Below are positions 29,010 to 40,100 of a stretch of 64,000 nt of DNA, piece after piece. Position numbers and translations under genes: made by a program. Below the pieces are notes generated by a model. The model was not told the DNA's origin and ran no database searches. It worked only from the letters and a program-made list of their open reading frames with translations. The DNA lies in contig CALMRZ010000066.1 of the NCBI GenBank assembly GCA_937872225.1, positions 61 to 64,060 of the forward strand, read 5' to 3'. Positions within the stretch are counted from its first letter, which is position 1. Each line of letters begins with the position of its first letter. The stretch comes from an uncultured Spirochaetota bacterium (GTDB lineage Bacteria; Spirochaetota; UBA4802; UBA5550).

Positions 29010-30002
29010 ATGGATGTGGCAATTACCGGTTCAACAGGCCATGTGGGCGCCAATCTTGTCCGGGCGGTTCTCGACCAGGGCAGATCGGTCCGGGTCCTGG
29101 TCCGCAAGGACCTGCGCGGAATACAGGGCCTGGACGTGGAAACGACCGACGGCGACGTGCTCGACCTTGACTCCCTCATGGAGCTTTGCAAAGGCGTGGA
29201 GACCGTTTTCCACGTTGCGGCGAAAATATCGATAGTCGGGTCCGAAGGGGGGATGGTTGAAAAGATTAACGTGGGCGGCACAAAAAACGTCATTGAAGCA
29301 TGCCTCCGCAACAGGGTCAGGCGCCTCATTCATTTCAGCTCGATCCACGCCTATTCCCATGACCCCATAGACGGGATGATCGATGAGACCAGGAAACTCG
29401 CCCTTGACAGGAACGACTTTCCCTATGACAGGTCAAAGGCCCTGGGCCAGCTCGAAGTCCTCAAGTCCGTCGACCGCGGCCTCAATGCCACCGTGATCAA
29501 TCCCACCGCGGTGCTCGGCCCGTATGATTTCAAGCCTTCACGGATGGGAGAAGCCCTTCTGGACATATACCACTGCCGGTACCCGGCTCTTATAGACGGC
29601 GGTTATAACTGGGTGGACGCACGGGATGTCGCCGCCTGCGCCCTCGCCGCGGAAAAAAAAGGAAAGGCCGGGGAAAGCTACCTTGCCAGCGGTAACTGGT
29701 ATCACGTCTGCGAAATCGCCCGGATCATATCGGAGATATATTGCAAAAAAACGCCGCGTTTCGCGACGCCTGTCTGGTTATGCAGCCTGCCCTCCTACTG
29801 CGTGCTCGCTCTTTCGAGGATGCGCAAAGTGACCCCCAAATTCACCCCCATAGCCATTAAGACCCTTCAGAGGCACCGTCACATCTCGCACCAGAAGGCC
29901 ACGAAGGAACTGGGTTACCAGCCGAGGCCGATCGAGGAAACGATCACGGATACCTTGGAATGGTTCCGCGGCCAGGGGATGCTCGAGGCGGAGTGCAAAT
30001 AA
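29010..30002 (+). CDS. NAD-dependent epimerase/dehydratase family protein (extended SDR).
   Basis: VAITGSTGHVGANLV Rossmann GxxGxxG at the N-terminus. YxxxK-type SDR fold. Confidence 0.65.
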   Translation: MDVAITGSTGHVGANLVRAVLDQGRSVRVLVRKDLRGIQGLDVETTDGDVLDLDSLMELCKGVETVFHVAAKISIVGSEGGMVEKINVGGTKNVIEACLRNRVRRLIHFSSIHAYSHDPIDGMIDETRKLALDRNDFPYDRSKALGQLEVLKSVDRGLNATVINPTAVLGPYDFKPSRMGEALLDIYHCRYPALIDGGYNWVDARDVAACALAAEKKGKAGESYLASGNWYHVCEIARIISEIYCKKTPRFATPVWLCSLPSYCVLALSRMRKVTPKFTPIAIKTLQRHRHISHQKATKELGYQPRPIEETITDTLEWFRGQGMLEAECK

Positions 30003-30008
30003 GCGACG

Positions 30009-30962
30009 TTACGGCAGCCTGTGACGGGAAAAGAAATCCCAGATGAATCGAGACGCGTTGAAGTCGCGGCTTATCCTGCCGGCGTTTTTTTCCGGAAGGC
30101 ATTTTTCTGCGCCAGGCCATGTATGGCCGCCCCCCTGTATCGAAACGAGGAGGACCTCATTGTCAGGGTCTGGGCACCCGTAGGCCACCAGGAAGCTCAC
30201 TGTCCTGTCACTGGTTTCCCGGTTGGGGAGGATCTTGACGGACACCTGCGAGGTGCAGCCGTTATTCCGCACCCAGCAGGATACCGTATCTAGCACCGAC
30301 AGGACTTCGCCCCTCTTCCTCTTTTCCCTCATGAGAACGCCGCCGCCCCAGGGGACCGTCCTGTCTTCAGTGCCATGTATCAGGAGAAAAGGCATCATCC
30401 GGCCCGGCCGGACCAGCGAAAGATGTTTCGGCATCAGGCCGGCGACGCTCGCGACTGCGGCTATCCTGTCCGATGCCGCAATGGCGATCCTCATGGCCAT
30501 CATACCGCCGTTGGAAAAACCCGTCACATAAACGCGTTTTGGGTCCACCTCTGACGCGGCGACCATCGAATCAACCAACTGCATGATGAATTGCACGTCA
30601 TCCACGCCGGTCCTGAAAGAGATCGAATCCATGTCCACGCGGCCGTCATTCCACAGCGGCCCGTATGCGTCGGGATACAGAACGATAAAACTGTTTTTTT
30701 CAGCCAGTTCATTGAACCCGGAAAACATGCTCATGACAAGACCGTTTCCGTTCATGCCATGGAGCACAATGACCAGGGGGAGCGGTTTCCCGGCAACGGC
30801 GCCGACAGGCCGGTATGCCAGGTAGCTCCTGCTTGTGGCGCCCACCATGATGGTTTTCCTGACGCATTCCGCTTTTTCAGGATAGCCGTGCAGCGGCAAC
30901 TGCATGATCACGAGGATCGCAGTAAAAACCGCCATTATATAGTTGTATCTACCCATAAACAA
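30009..30962 (-). CDS. Secreted alpha/beta-hydrolase, PHB-depolymerase/LpqC-family esterase.
   Basis: Signal-anchor N-terminus. GFSNGG nucleophile elbow. HG...D later in the sequence. Confidence 0.55.
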   Translation of the reverse strand: MFMGRYNYIMAVFTAILVIMQLPLHGYPEKAECVRKTIMVGATSRSYLAYRPVGAVAGKPLPLVIVLHGMNGNGLVMSMFSGFNELAEKNSFIVLYPDAYGPLWNDGRVDMDSISFRTGVDDVQFIMQLVDSMVAASEVDPKRVYVTGFSNGGMMAMRIAIAASDRIAAVASVAGLMPKHLSLVRPGRMMPFLLIHGTEDRTVPWGGGVLMREKRKRGEVLSVLDTVSCWVRNNGCTSQVSVKILPNRETSDRTVSFLVAYGCPDPDNEVLLVSIQGGGHTWPGAEKCLPEKNAGRISRDFNASRFIWDFFSRHRLP

Positions 30963-31073
30963 CTCATCACCACCTTTCAGGGTTTTAGTAAGGGATGTCA
31001 GCAGGGATGCCGCAGCGGCCGCAGAATGCCCATCCCCGTGAAATGCGGGAAATGGACGTCTGCGAAAGCGCTT

Positions 31074-31787
31074 CTACAGCTTGATAATTCCCGAGTTTTC
31101 CATCCCCTTGATGATAAAACTGGCCGTGTCCTCTATCGTAAGATCGGTCGTATTTATCATGATGTTATAAATGGAAGGATCGTTCAAGTCAACGGTGAGG
31201 TGCTTGAGCAGAAACTGCTCCCGGACTTCGCCTTTTTTTGCCAGGATATCCCTGGCTTCGCTCTTCTTTACCTTGAACTGATTGCAGATGTTCTCCACTT
31301 TCTTTTCCGCAGAAGCGAAAAGCCTCACATGATATCCCTGGGGCAGATCGCTCGTGATTACATTCCCGACGCGGCCTATTATGATCGCATGGCCGTTGGC
31401 GGCAAGTATACGGATCGTCTCTACCAGTTTCCGGTATACCATGGCCTCAGGGGGATATTTCCTGAAGCTTGTTTTAAAGAAATAGTCCATGGCGTTCCTG
31501 GCTTTGTCGGTCAGTGTTTCCGCCAGTTCAAAGGAAATATTCATGTCCTTCATGAGATGGTCGATTATAGCGCGATCATAGACCGTCCACATCGGATCGT
31601 GGCGGTATTCCGTGTTGAATATCCGGGCTATTGCCTCGCCGACGCTGTACCCAAGGCAGCCGTATTCCCGGGATATGGTAAGAAAGGGCAATGATTTCTT
31701 AGCGCCCATGTCCACGGTTTTCTTCCTGAGTTTCCAGTTGCGTTCCTGGTAGGATAGCGCGCTGTCCATTGAAAAAATCTCTTTCAT
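31074..31787 (-). CDS. Cytidylate-kinase-like family protein.
   Basis: FLTISREYGCLGYSVG resembles the cytidylate kinase-like family N-terminus. AAGGGGG RBS 5 nt before the ATG at 31787 (M13 of the track ORF). Confidence 0.5.
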   Translation of the reverse strand: MKEIFSMDSALSYQERNWKLRKKTVDMGAKKSLPFLTISREYGCLGYSVGEAIARIFNTEYRHDPMWTVYDRAIIDHLMKDMNISFELAETLTDKARNAMDYFFKTSFRKYPPEAMVYRKLVETIRILAANGHAIIIGRVGNVITSDLPQGYHVRLFASAEKKVENICNQFKVKKSEARDILAKKGEVREQFLLKHLTVDLNDPSIYNIMINTTDLTIEDTASFIIKGMENSGIIKL

Positions 31788-32017
31788 ATTCGCCCCCTTG
31801 CGTACCGTATTATCTACTATCAATGAAACCAGGTTTGAAGCAGAGTACCATTAAATCATTCCTGCATCAATAAAAAAAACATCCTTTCTGTAAAAGTGTG
31901 CATGGCACGGACTTGTGCCACAAAAAAAATTCATGGACATAACTTGGAACACCATGATTGGTCTTGACAATTTAATGTATCGCTTGTTAACTATATAAAA
32001 ACAATCAGGATGCCGCC

Positions 32018-32407
32018 ATGGACTTTAAAGATTATTTTGAAAAAACCCCCGGTCTCGGGATACTGGCAACGGCCGATTCCGAGGGGAACGTCGACCTTGC
32101 CATCTACTCGCGGCCCCATTGCATTGACGACGGCACCATAGCATTCATCATGGCCGATAGCTTCAGCCACAGGAACCTCCAGTCGAATCCCAAGGCAGCC
32201 TACCTTTTCAAGGAAGACGGACCCGGATACAGAGGGACCAGGCTGTATATTGAGAAAACAAGCGAAGAAAAGAACAGCCCCCTCATCGATGAAATCCGCA
32301 GAAAGAAAAAATCAGCCGAGGATGCCGAAGCAAAAGACCGTTTCCTGGTTTATTTTAAAATAAACGGCACAAGACCCTTGACCGGAGACCTCAGCGGCAC
32401 CCCATGA
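32018..32407 (+). CDS. Pyridoxamine 5'-phosphate oxidase-like FMN-binding split-barrel protein.
   Basis: 129 aa. The N-terminal pattern (GILATADSEGNVDLAIYSRP) is typical of the PNPOx-like family. Confidence 0.5.
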   Translation: MDFKDYFEKTPGLGILATADSEGNVDLAIYSRPHCIDDGTIAFIMADSFSHRNLQSNPKAAYLFKEDGPGYRGTRLYIEKTSEEKNSPLIDEIRRKKKSAEDAEAKDRFLVYFKINGTRPLTGDLSGTP

Positions 32408-32408
32408 C

Positions 32409-33263
32409 ATGAACCAGATCCAGCCCGAAATCATCAAGGTCAAACTGGATGATACCGAAATCCAGTTCCTTCACTACCCGGCTGACGGGCCTCCCCTGGT
32501 ATTACTCCATGCCACCGGCCTGTTACCCTGGCTCTGGCATCCGATCGCCCGGGCTCTTTCTCCCAAATACCGCATCATAGCACCCTATTTTTGCGATCAC
32601 CGGACCTGTGAACCCGAAGAAGGCGGCCTGAGCTGGGAAATCCTCGCAAAGGACCTCGTGGCGCTGTGCGACCGGCTTTCATTGATACAGCCGTTTCTCG
32701 TCGGGCACAGCATGGGAGGCACCGTCGTAACAATCGCCCATGCCGCCGAGGGACTCCAGGCGGAGAAAATTGTCCTCATCGAGCCGATATTCCTCCCCCT
32801 ATCTATTTACGAAACGGGACTCACCGTGGAAACGCACCCCCTTGCTTCCCGATCCATCAAACGCCGGAACGCCTGGGACACCGAAGAAGACGCGAGGAAC
32901 TATTTGCGCTCCCGGAAGATGTTCGAGACGTGGGACGATGAAATGCTTGACCTCTATATCCGCCACGGGATGGTGAGCGGCGAAGGAGGCGGGCTGGTCC
33001 TGGCATGTCATCCCCGCCGTGAAGCTTCAATGTTCATGGGCGGAATGCGGTTCAATCCGTGGCCTGTCATCCCGATGATGCGGTGCCCGGTCCTCGTGGT
33101 CGAGGGAGAAACCAGCGAGAACAGAAGCTTCATAGACCTCCCCGGTATCGCGGCAATCATTCCGAAGGGGCAGTATCGCCTTGTTCCCGGCGCGGGACAC
33201 CTGATACCCCAGGAACGTCCTGCCGAAACCGTCCGGATCCTTGATGATTTTTTCGCATCCTAG
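32409..33263 (+). CDS. Alpha/beta-fold hydrolase.
   Basis: VLLHATG ... GHSMGG nucleophile elbow ... C-terminal GAGHLIPQE (His). Confidence 0.7.
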   Translation: MNQIQPEIIKVKLDDTEIQFLHYPADGPPLVLLHATGLLPWLWHPIARALSPKYRIIAPYFCDHRTCEPEEGGLSWEILAKDLVALCDRLSLIQPFLVGHSMGGTVVTIAHAAEGLQAEKIVLIEPIFLPLSIYETGLTVETHPLASRSIKRRNAWDTEEDARNYLRSRKMFETWDDEMLDLYIRHGMVSGEGGGLVLACHPRREASMFMGGMRFNPWPVIPMMRCPVLVVEGETSENRSFIDLPGIAAIIPKGQYRLVPGAGHLIPQERPAETVRILDDFFAS

Positions 33264-33266
33264 GCG

Positions 33267-34304
33267 CTACCACCAGTTCAGCACGTCCTCGGCAAAACCA
33301 AGAAAGTTCTCTATGCTCAAACGATTGCCGTCATCGAGGGTGACATGGCCGCTGAACGTCCCGAACACCTGGTGCTGTATCGATTTCATGACCAGGAGGT
33401 TCATCGAACTCGAGCGGTCTATGATGGGGGCGAAGTCCATCTCGAAGCGCCCGTCATTGCTCGTGAATTTCCACGGCTTCATGTAGTCCTTCGTGTCAAT
33501 ATGGAAAATGACGTCCTGGAGTTTGTGGGCCTTCCCCCGGTAAAACAGCATGTTTTCGGAGGCAGACGTCCTGTCGCTGAAGCCGTACCCGATGTTCCAT
33601 CCGAAGGGGACACCCTTTACAAGGCCCGAGGCGGATCCCCAGTACCACCGGTTCCGGAACGTCCAGTTTCCGCGACCCCAATCAAGGCACCCGAAATCGG
33701 TCTTCGGCGAAAAATGATACGACCGGCTGCCGATGGTCACGGTCCCCCGCGCCGGCATGCAGTTGACCTTCTGGTTGTAATAAAAGGCCCTGCGGTTCTC
33801 CTTCCAGGATGTTGCTATTGCCATGGTATCCATCTTAGGGTCCTGGGCTAGCTCAATGGTGGCGGCGAGGCCCCGTGATCCGTCGTGAAAGACAAATGAG
33901 GGAGCCTCGACTGAGATGATCCTCCGGGAATCCTTTACCACAAAGGCTGTTTTTATCTTTTTATCCTCATAAAAAATATCTCCTGCAACTGACGAAGGAG
34001 GGAACCCTATCCTGCCCCGGGACAACGGCTTTATAGTATCAAGTTGTACATAGCTTTTACTATTAAAATCAAGCCAGCATACGGCGCACAGGGCAATATA
34101 GCTCAAATCGGCAATGGTGAAGGTGATCCCGTAACCTTTATCATGGGACAGCACCGCGTAATAATCCCATTCCTTGATGCGGTGCCAGGGCGCGGCGATC
34201 CTGCTCCGGTCGTAGTTCCAGAAGGGCTTCCGGGCCCAGCCCTCTTCCGTGATGCGGCCTTCGCCGTCAAGAAGATCAAGCGGTGCGGTTATTTCGTGCT
34301 GCAT
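33267..34304 (-). CDS. Conserved hypothetical protein (possibly DUF2804-like).
   Basis: Start moved to MQHEITAPLD: AGGAGGA RBS 4 nt upstream, and this avoids overlap with the CoADR start. No catalytic motif recognised. Confidence 0.5.
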   Translation of the reverse strand: MQHEITAPLDLLDGEGRITEEGWARKPFWNYDRSRIAAPWHRIKEWDYYAVLSHDKGYGITFTIADLSYIALCAVCWLDFNSKSYVQLDTIKPLSRGRIGFPPSSVAGDIFYEDKKIKTAFVVKDSRRIISVEAPSFVFHDGSRGLAATIELAQDPKMDTMAIATSWKENRRAFYYNQKVNCMPARGTVTIGSRSYHFSPKTDFGCLDWGRGNWTFRNRWYWGSASGLVKGVPFGWNIGYGFSDRTSASENMLFYRGKAHKLQDVIFHIDTKDYMKPWKFTSNDGRFEMDFAPIIDRSSSMNLLVMKSIQHQVFGTFSGHVTLDDGNRLSIENFLGFAEDVLNWW

Positions 34305-34450
34305 GGCATCCTCCTGCAAATGTCTAACCCTATCATGCGGCCGGATATATGTCAAGTTCCCTTCACCTGGGTTAATTAATATTTGACATGAAGTATCGGT
34401 CACATATCTGTACCATGACGTTATTAAATTTATCATGTAAGGATAGCACC

Positions 34451-36133
34451 ATGCCACGATACCTTGTTATTGGCGGTGTTGCCGGCGGGGCAACCGCCGC
34501 GGCCCGTCTCCGCCGCCTCGATGAAAAAGCCGACATCATTATTTACGAACGCGGAGGACATGTATCATACGCCAATTGCGGCCTTCCCTACTACCTCGGC
34601 GATGTTATCCGCGACCGCAACAGGCTTTTCGTGCAGACCGCGGCAGGCTTCAAGAACCGATTCAACATTGAAGCCCGCGTCGGCGCCGAGGTCATCTCCA
34701 TAAACAGGGGCGAAAAATCCATCCTGGTCAAAGACCTTTCGGCGGGAGAGGTCTCAGCCATCAGCTACGACAAGCTGATCCTCTCGCCCGGCGCCGAACC
34801 GGTGAAGCCGCCTATACCCGGGATCGACGCCGACGGAATATTCACCCTCCGCAACGTCATCGATACCGACCGGATAAAAAAACATCTTGTTGAAAAGAAA
34901 CCGAAAAAGGCGCTGGTTGTCGGCGGCGGCTTCATCGGCCTCGAGATGGCCGAGAACCTCCATGGTCTCGGCATCGGTGTCACCGTTGTCGAGATGGCAG
35001 ACCAGGTCATGGCAAACCTGGACCGTGAGATGGCGTCTGAAGTGCACCATCAGTTGACGTCACAGGGCGTCGAGCTTATCCTTAAAGACGGCGTCAGCTC
35101 CTTTGAAAAATCAGGAAACGAAATCGTGACCCGCCTGTCAAGCGGCAGGGAAATCTCGTCCGGCATGGTCATACTTTCCATCGGAGTGCGGCCTGACACG
35201 AAGCTCGCAAAGGAAGCCGGCCTTGCCCTGGGCCCCCGCGGCGGCATCGCGGTCAACGAATTCCTCCAGACGTCCGATCCCGACATATACGCCGTGGGCG
35301 ATGCCATAGAATTCATGCATCCGCTCACGAAACAGCCGGTTATAACTTTCCTGGCCGGGCCTGCAAACAAGCAGGGGAGGATCGCGGCGGACAACATCGT
35401 GGGCGGCAACACCAAAAAGTACTGCGGAAGCATCGCCACCGCGGTGGCCAAGATTTTCAGCCTCACCGTTGCCTCCACCGGGGCAAACGAAAAAATGCTG
35501 AAGGTTTCAGGCATCCCGTACCTGGCGTCAATCACCCACAGCGCGTCCCACGCGACCTATTATCCGGGCGCCACGCAGATGTCCGTGAAAATACTTTTTT
35601 CGCCTTCAGACGGGACGCTCTACGGAGCCCAGATCGCCGGATATGACGGCGTGGACAAGAGGATAGACGTTTTCTCATCTGTCATCGGGCGCGGCGGTAG
35701 CGTCCGCGACCTCATCGAATTCGACCACGCCTATGCACCTCCCTACTCTTCAGCAAAAGACCCGGTCAATATAGCGGGATTCACGGCGGAAAACATCCTG
35801 GATGGACTCACCCGCACCATACACTGGCACGAAATAGGTGGCCTTGATCCAACATCGGCCATGCTGATCGATGTCCGCACCGCCGGGGAATTCAGGACGG
35901 GGACCATACCGGGGGCAATCAACATCCCGGTGGATGAACTCCGCAGCCGCCTGGGCGACCTTCCCCGGGACAAAAAAATCGTGATCTTCTGCGCCGTGGG
36001 CCTGCGGGGACATGTCGCCGCCAGGATGATGCTCCAGAGCGGATTCGACGATGTCCGGAACCTCGCCGGCGGATACAAGACCTACAGCCTCGCCGTGAAC
36101 AACATTCCCGGGACCGTCGGCGCATGCTGCTGA
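34451..36133 (+). CDS. CoA-disulfide reductase with C-terminal rhodanese domain (CoADR-RHD type).
   Basis: GGVAGG FAD motif. SYANCGLPY redox Cys. C-terminal rhodanese active-site loop FCAVGLRG (CxxGxR). AAGGATAG RBS before the ATG at 34451. Confidence 0.75.
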   Translation: MPRYLVIGGVAGGATAAARLRRLDEKADIIIYERGGHVSYANCGLPYYLGDVIRDRNRLFVQTAAGFKNRFNIEARVGAEVISINRGEKSILVKDLSAGEVSAISYDKLILSPGAEPVKPPIPGIDADGIFTLRNVIDTDRIKKHLVEKKPKKALVVGGGFIGLEMAENLHGLGIGVTVVEMADQVMANLDREMASEVHHQLTSQGVELILKDGVSSFEKSGNEIVTRLSSGREISSGMVILSIGVRPDTKLAKEAGLALGPRGGIAVNEFLQTSDPDIYAVGDAIEFMHPLTKQPVITFLAGPANKQGRIAADNIVGGNTKKYCGSIATAVAKIFSLTVASTGANEKMLKVSGIPYLASITHSASHATYYPGATQMSVKILFSPSDGTLYGAQIAGYDGVDKRIDVFSSVIGRGGSVRDLIEFDHAYAPPYSSAKDPVNIAGFTAENILDGLTRTIHWHEIGGLDPTSAMLIDVRTAGEFRTGTIPGAINIPVDELRSRLGDLPRDKKIVIFCAVGLRGHVAARMMLQSGFDDVRNLAGGYKTYSLAVNNIPGTVGACC

Positions 36134-36209
36134 TGCTGGAATGAATCCCGTCCCGTTCCGTACGAGGGAGATTCCCGTTCGGTTTTATATTTGACACGGT
36201 GCTGATTCA

Positions 36210-36932
36210 ATGCCTACATTGCAGGAAAAGGGGCGACCCATGCTGCCATCCTGTTATGACAAGAACGGCAATATCATCGACTTTTACACCATATTCAACC
36301 TTCCCGGCACCGCCGGCCCGGGCGAGATCAAATCCGCGTTTCGCGACCTGATCAAGCGCTACCATCCCGATACCGCGTCGATCAAGACGGACAACCTGAC
36401 TGAAAAGCTCGATCTGATAATCCGCGGCTACCGCATACTCATCGACGACGACCTCCGCATGGAATACGACCGTATCCTTTTCCACAGCAGGAAAGTTGAT
36501 GGCCGCGGTTATGCAATCATATCCAAGAAAAGGATCAAATATTCAGCCACGCTGGGCGAAATGCTCAAGGCCCGATTGATGCCCAAGGGAATGAAACACA
36601 ACGACATCCTGTACAATTTCGGCCAGGATATCGAAATATTCATTACACCCTTTGAGGCCCGCAAGGGCGCCCTCGCCTACATTGAACTGCCGGCGCGGAT
36701 GACTTGTCCGCTCTGCATGGGGAGCCATTCCAGGATCAATGACAAATGCCATGTCTGCAACGGTGTCGGCAGGATCCATACCACCTCCCAGCTGGAGGTA
36801 CAGATCCCCCCCCATGTCGACGATACCACCTATATTGATGTTGACCTGACCAGGATACGGCCCGATAAACTCACTTCTTTCAACGTTAAAAACCTCAGGA
36901 TCAAGATAACCATACTGGAAAACCGGCAGTAA
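36210..36932 (+). CDS. J-domain (DnaJ-like) protein with CxxC zinc-finger.
   Basis: DFYTIFNLPGTAGPGEIKSAFRDLIKRYHPD (HPD motif). CPLCMGS...CHVCNG. The start may be the internal MLPSCYDK. Confidence 0.6.
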   Translation: MPTLQEKGRPMLPSCYDKNGNIIDFYTIFNLPGTAGPGEIKSAFRDLIKRYHPDTASIKTDNLTEKLDLIIRGYRILIDDDLRMEYDRILFHSRKVDGRGYAIISKKRIKYSATLGEMLKARLMPKGMKHNDILYNFGQDIEIFITPFEARKGALAYIELPARMTCPLCMGSHSRINDKCHVCNGVGRIHTTSQLEVQIPPHVDDTTYIDVDLTRIRPDKLTSFNVKNLRIKITILENRQ

Positions 36933-37154
36933 CCGCCCATTACCAGCGGCTGCATCATTCCCGGAAGACTGAAAATCAATCTTGACATATTTATTCTTTA
37001 ATAAATATCTTGATATATTCCGTATCGTTGTTGCATGCTTTCTGACTCCTGTATAAAACAGGATTATTTTTTAAGTTGAAAAACTGACTGGCCGGTTTAT
37101 CATAAGCAGTAAATTGTAATCCCGGCTTGCACCAGGACTGCTGTTAGACAACCC

Positions 37155-40100
37155 ATGGACATTAGCGGAAAAATCATTCATAATAAATATCTCGTGGACA
37201 AACAGATATGGGAAGACGCGGTCAGTTATTTGCACCTGGCCCATGACACGACGCCCCAGCGCAAGCCCCTCATAATACGATTCCTTAAAAATAACGTTAT
37301 ATCCAAGCGGGTTGAAGACCTCATTCGGTTCAGGATAGAGGTGAACGCCGTTTCGGGGCTGGAACATCGGAACATAACCCGGATCATCGAAACCGGTGAA
37401 CTTATTGAAGTCATCTACGTGGTCATGGAATATTTCCCCTGCATCAGCCTCAACGAGGCCGTTGAAAAGCAGGTTCTCTCCATCAGCCAGAGCGTCGATT
37501 GCGTGAAGCAGATCTGCAGCGCCCTTGACTGCCTTCACGGGAACAACATAATCCACCGTGATCTGAAACCGGCCAACGTGCTGGTGGACAACGAGACGGT
37601 AAAACTTACCGGTTTCGGCCTGTCTCACATCCGTGAATTCAACGAATCGATACCGTTTGAAGAAATCAAAAAGAACTTCCTGTACCTTTCCCCGGAACAG
37701 TGCGGCATACTGAAGCGGCCGGTCGATGAACGAAGCGACCTCTATTCCCTGGGCGTAATTTTTTTCCAGCTCCTTACCGGCAATGTCCCCTTCGACGGTC
37801 ATGACATCTGTTCGATTATCCACCAGCACATAGCCCGCGTCCCGGAACCCCCGGGTGCGTCGAATCCCGAAGTCCCGCCCATCCTGGGCCGCATCGTGAT
37901 GAAGCTCCTTGACAAAGAACCGGAAAACAGGTACCAGAGCGCCCGGGGCGTTATTTCCGACATCGAACGATACCAGTCCGGCGAGCATGAATTCATGCTC
38001 GGCCTCGACGACCGCCTCACCAGGCTCAGTTACCGCACGAAGCTCATCGGGCGGGAACGCGAGATGTCCCAGCTCACCGAGATCATCAAAGACCTCGACG
38101 GCGGCACGGGCAGCGTCTATTTCATTACCGGTGAAGGCGGATGCGGCAAATCACGGCTGATCGAAGAACTGAAAAGTACGATTTTCGCGAATGACTTCAT
38201 CCTGGTGAGCGGCAGCTGCTCGATCCAGAGCAACAAGATACCCAACGCCCCGATCAAGGAAGCCCTTGACGAATTCATGGTCAACTTCCACAACCTGTCG
38301 GAGGATGAGCGCAACGGCATTGCCGAATCCCTGCGGGAGGAATTCGGCGACCTCGGCGAGATCCTGATCAAGTTCAATCCATCGCTGGAGGAACTCCTCG
38401 GCCCCTGCCCGCCCCTGGTGGCCCTGGAACCTGTGCGCGAGTACAAGCGTTTTTTGATGGTGGTGAGCCAGTTCATCTTCAAGTTGAGCGACCTTGCCGG
38501 CGGCCTCGTGGTGGTCCTGGAGAACCTGCAGTGGACCGACGAAGGCACCGTAAACCTCATGCACGAGCTGTTGAACGAGATCAACGACCACCCCCTCGTG
38601 ATCATCGGGCTCTACCGCGAGGACGAGGTCCCCGAAACGCATGTCCTTGAAAAGTTCCACCTGGACATAGCCAGCAAGGAAGTCCGCTATACCAGGATCC
38701 ACATAGAAAAGCTCGACCCGGCCGCCATGAACAAGTTCGCCGCGGGCCTCCTCATGGAATCCGAGGACCAGATCCTGCGCGTTTCGGATTTCCTCTACCA
38801 GAAAACCGGGGGAAACCCCTTCTTCGCCATAGAGCTCCTGAAACAGCTGATCGACGAGGGCGCGCTGACGCATAAAAACAACCGGTGGACGTTCAACGAC
38901 GCGAAGCTCAATGCCATTGAAATCTCGGCTTCTATCGTCGACATCATCCTCAAGCGCATTAACAAGCTGACGCGGAACGAGATCGACATCCTATCGTGCG
39001 CTTCAGTGATGGGCGAAAAATTCAACATGCGGATATTGTTCAAGGTGAGCGGCCTTGACCGGACGGAAATCGTCAGAATCATCGACAAGGCGATAGACCT
39101 TCAGCTCCTGATCGACCTGCCGGCATGGGGTGAGATAGGATTCGCCCACGACAGGATCAAGGAGGCCTTCTACGGCAGTCTGGATGAAGCGAAAAGAAAA
39201 GGACTCCACATAGGGATAGCGAACGCCATCGAGGAAAACAACAGGGACAACCTGTCCCCGGTCATATTCGAGTTGGCCCACCATTTCATTGAAGGGGGCG
39301 ACACAGACCGCGCCATCATATTCGCTTTCCCTGCCGGCATCATGGCGATGGGCAAATACGCCAACGAGGAAGCCCTCAAGTATTTCCGCACCGCCCTTGA
39401 TCTGCTCGAAAAGGAAGGCCACCGGGGAAGCATCCAGTGGATCAGGATACAGGTCAATATGAGCCGGGTTTTCCTCACCATAGGTAGCTATGACAAGGCG
39501 ATCGAAACACTCAGTGAGATTGCGCCGCTTATGGAGTCCGACGTTGAGAAGGCAGACATCTACAGCCACATATGCGCGGCATATTTACGGAAAGGCGATT
39601 GGAAGAAGTGCGAGGAGTACGCCATGAAGTCCGGCGAAATCCTGGGAGAGCGCTTTACCGACAACAAGGTTCTTCTCATCGCGACCCTTGTCAAGGAGCT
39701 GGCGCTTCTGGGGCTGTTTTCGCTTTTTCCCCGCCTTGTCGTGCGTTTCAGGCGCAGGAAGTTCGTCGAATTCAACAAGCTCAAGGCGAAATTCGCCGTA
39801 CCGGTGCTCTGGTCATACATTTACAGCAACACCCTCAAGTTCACCAGGTTCACCCTGAGGGTCCTCAATATCGCCATCAGCAAGATCGGTAAATCACCCG
39901 AGCTGGGAATGGCAATCGGCGGCTTCGGCAGCATCCTCATGGCCATCTCGAGGTTCAACCTCGCGCTTAAATACCTCACCATCGCCCTGGAAATGAGGGA
40001 AAAGCTCCTGGACCAGTGGGGATCAGCACAGTCGTACCAGTGGCTGGGGTACTGCCACCAGTGGAAGGGAGACTACCGTTCAAGCATCGACTGTTTCGAG

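Noticed and set aside
30591-31694. 367-aa plus-strand ORF.
   Set aside because: Antisense to the esterase and cytidylate-kinase-like genes, both of which have RBS and motifs.
37071-38873. Several 160-300-aa minus-strand ORFs.
   Set aside because: Shadows inside the 1556-aa kinase gene.
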